In this document: one piece after another, positions 63,058 to 64,000 of the stretch
Numbering within the stretch: position 1 is the first letter of the stretch
Layout: each line of letters starts with the position of its first letter
DNA from: Myxococcales bacterium
Lineage (GTDB): Bacteria; Myxococcota_A; Polyangia; Fen-1088
Direction: 5' to 3'
Assembly (NCBI GenBank): GCA_003153015.1
Contig: PMBS01000254.1
Location: 9,568 to 73,567 of the forward strand
DNA length: 64,000 nucleotides
Made by a program: the position numbers and the translations under genes
Notes under the pieces: model-generated
The model's input: the letters and a program-made list of their open reading frames with translations, nothing else
Databases searched by the model: none
Told to the model about the DNA's origin: nothing

Positions 63058-64000
63058 GTGAGCTCGGTCGGCGCAGCGACGCAGGAAAGCCAGAGCGAGC
63101 CTCCCGAATCGGTCGGCCCATTGGCCGCGGGAGTTCGCTTGCGCTCGCCTGCCGATCGGTTCTTTCGCGGACTGACCGGATTCTTCGCGCTGCTGGTCTT
63201 GCTTTCCGTCTTTGGGATGCTGGTCACCCTTCTCGTAGGATCGTGGCCAGCCCTGAGGACCTTCGGACCGAAGTTCCTTGCCAGCAAGGAATGGAACCCG
63301 GTCACCGGCCAGTTTGGGGCACTGGCCCCGCTGTACGGCACCGTGATCACCTCGCTGATCGCGCTGCTGGTGGGCGTTCCGGTCAGCTTCGGGATTGCCC
63401 TGGTGATCACTGAACTCGCACCGCGCTGGCTGAAGCGGCCCATCGGTGTAGCCATCGAGCTTCTGGCAGCCATTCCCAGCATCATCTACGGCATGTGGGG
63501 CCTGTTCGTGTTCGCGCCGGCGTTTGCGGCACACCTGCAACCTTGGCTGACAGAACACATCGGGTCGTGGCCGATCCTGGGTCTGCTTTTCGAAGGCCCG
63601 CCCATGGGGATTGGCATGCTCACCGCCGGGCTCATTTTGGCCATCATGATTATTCCCTTCATGGCGGCGGTGATGCGTGACGTGTTCGAGACCGTGCCCG
63701 CGTCTTTGCGCGAATCCGCCTATGCACTTGGCTGCACGACCTGGGAGGTCGTGTGGCGCGTGATCTTGCCCTACACCCGCGTGGGGGTCATTGGCGGCAT
63801 CATGTTGGGCCTAGGCCGGGCCCTGGGCGAGACCATGGCCGTCACGTTCGTCATCGGTAACGCCCACGACATTCACCTGTCGCTCTTCATGCCAGGCAAC
63901 ACCATATCGTCGACCTTGGCCAATGAGTTCACTGAGGCAGTCACGCCACTTTACACATCGTCGCTGCTCGCGTTGGGGCTTGTGCTCTTTGTGCTGACCC
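63058..64000 (+). CDS. pstC: phosphate ABC transporter permease PstC (partial; 3' end beyond window)
   Basis: Open frame from a GTG at 63058 with TM segments and the ABC permease EAA-like region ([14 protein letters not shown]). Not in the ORF track because there is no ATG/stop in the window; start is approximate. Confidence 0.7.
   Translation, partial: MSSVGAATQESQSEPPESVGPLAAGVRLRSPADRFFRGLTGFFALLVLLSVFGMLVTLLVGSWPALRTFGPKFLASKEWNPVTGQFGALAPLYGTVITSLIALLVGVPVSFGIALVITELAPRWLKRPIGVAIELLAAIPSIIYGMWGLFVFAPAFAAHLQPWLTEHIGSWPILGLLFEGPPMGIGMLTAGLILAIMIIPFMAAVMRDVFETVPASLRESAYALGCTTWEVVWRVILPYTRVGVIGGIMLGLGRALGETMAVTFVIGNAHDIHLSLFMPGNTISSTLANEFTEAVTPLYTSSLLALGLVLFVLT

Noticed and set aside
1-64000. 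CRISPR arrays, IS elements/transposases, integrases, toxin-antitoxin or restriction-type defence genes
   Set aside because: No regularly spaced repeat-spacer arrays, no transposase or integrase-like ORFs and no nuclease or helicase signatures were seen. Mobility is suggested only indirectly by repeat junctions.

Overview
The window is a very GC-rich 64 kb segment, probably from a myxobacterium. This is inferred from a MYXO-CTERM-like sorting tail, many SBBP beta-propeller-repeat lipoproteins and Cys-box lipoprotein signals. Most of it is phosphate-starvation (Pho) related.

Left end, all on the minus strand: tsaC, purE, purD and purH.

Pho genes follow: phoU, three paralogous OmpR/PhoB-type response regulators with no histidine kinase in the window, an alkaline-phosphatase-family enzyme, ppx-ppk1, sixA, pstS and the start of pstC.

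The core (15.9-54.6 kb) consists of two inverted, paralogous outer-membrane cassettes.
- Cassette A, minus strand: divergent PstS-like binding protein with a Cys-rich tail, small Gly-rich lipoprotein, beta-barrel porin-like protein, lipoprotein, ExbB-ExbD-TonB, a TonB-dependent receptor carrying its own N-terminal TonB-C-like domain, then a lipoprotein.
- Cassette B, plus strand: the same order without ExbBD-TonB.
- Between the cassettes is an array of four large SBBP-repeat lipoproteins, a TMTC/PMT-like membrane glycosyltransferase with TPR repeats, PKD/Ig-like lipoproteins, an RCC1-repeat protein and a third PstS-like paralog.

Right end: a lipoprotein metallophosphoesterase with duplicated N- and C-terminal gene fragments around it, a glutaredoxin-like gene, a standalone 4HB-HAMP protein, a TonB-C-like protein, and pstS/pstC.

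Candidate Pho-box-like 11-bp phased direct repeats (half-site approximately YTGTMAC) recur upstream of pstS, ppk1, ppx, PstS-like genes and the first SBBP lipoprotein. A REP-like palindromic repeat family and several hairpins and terminators are also present.
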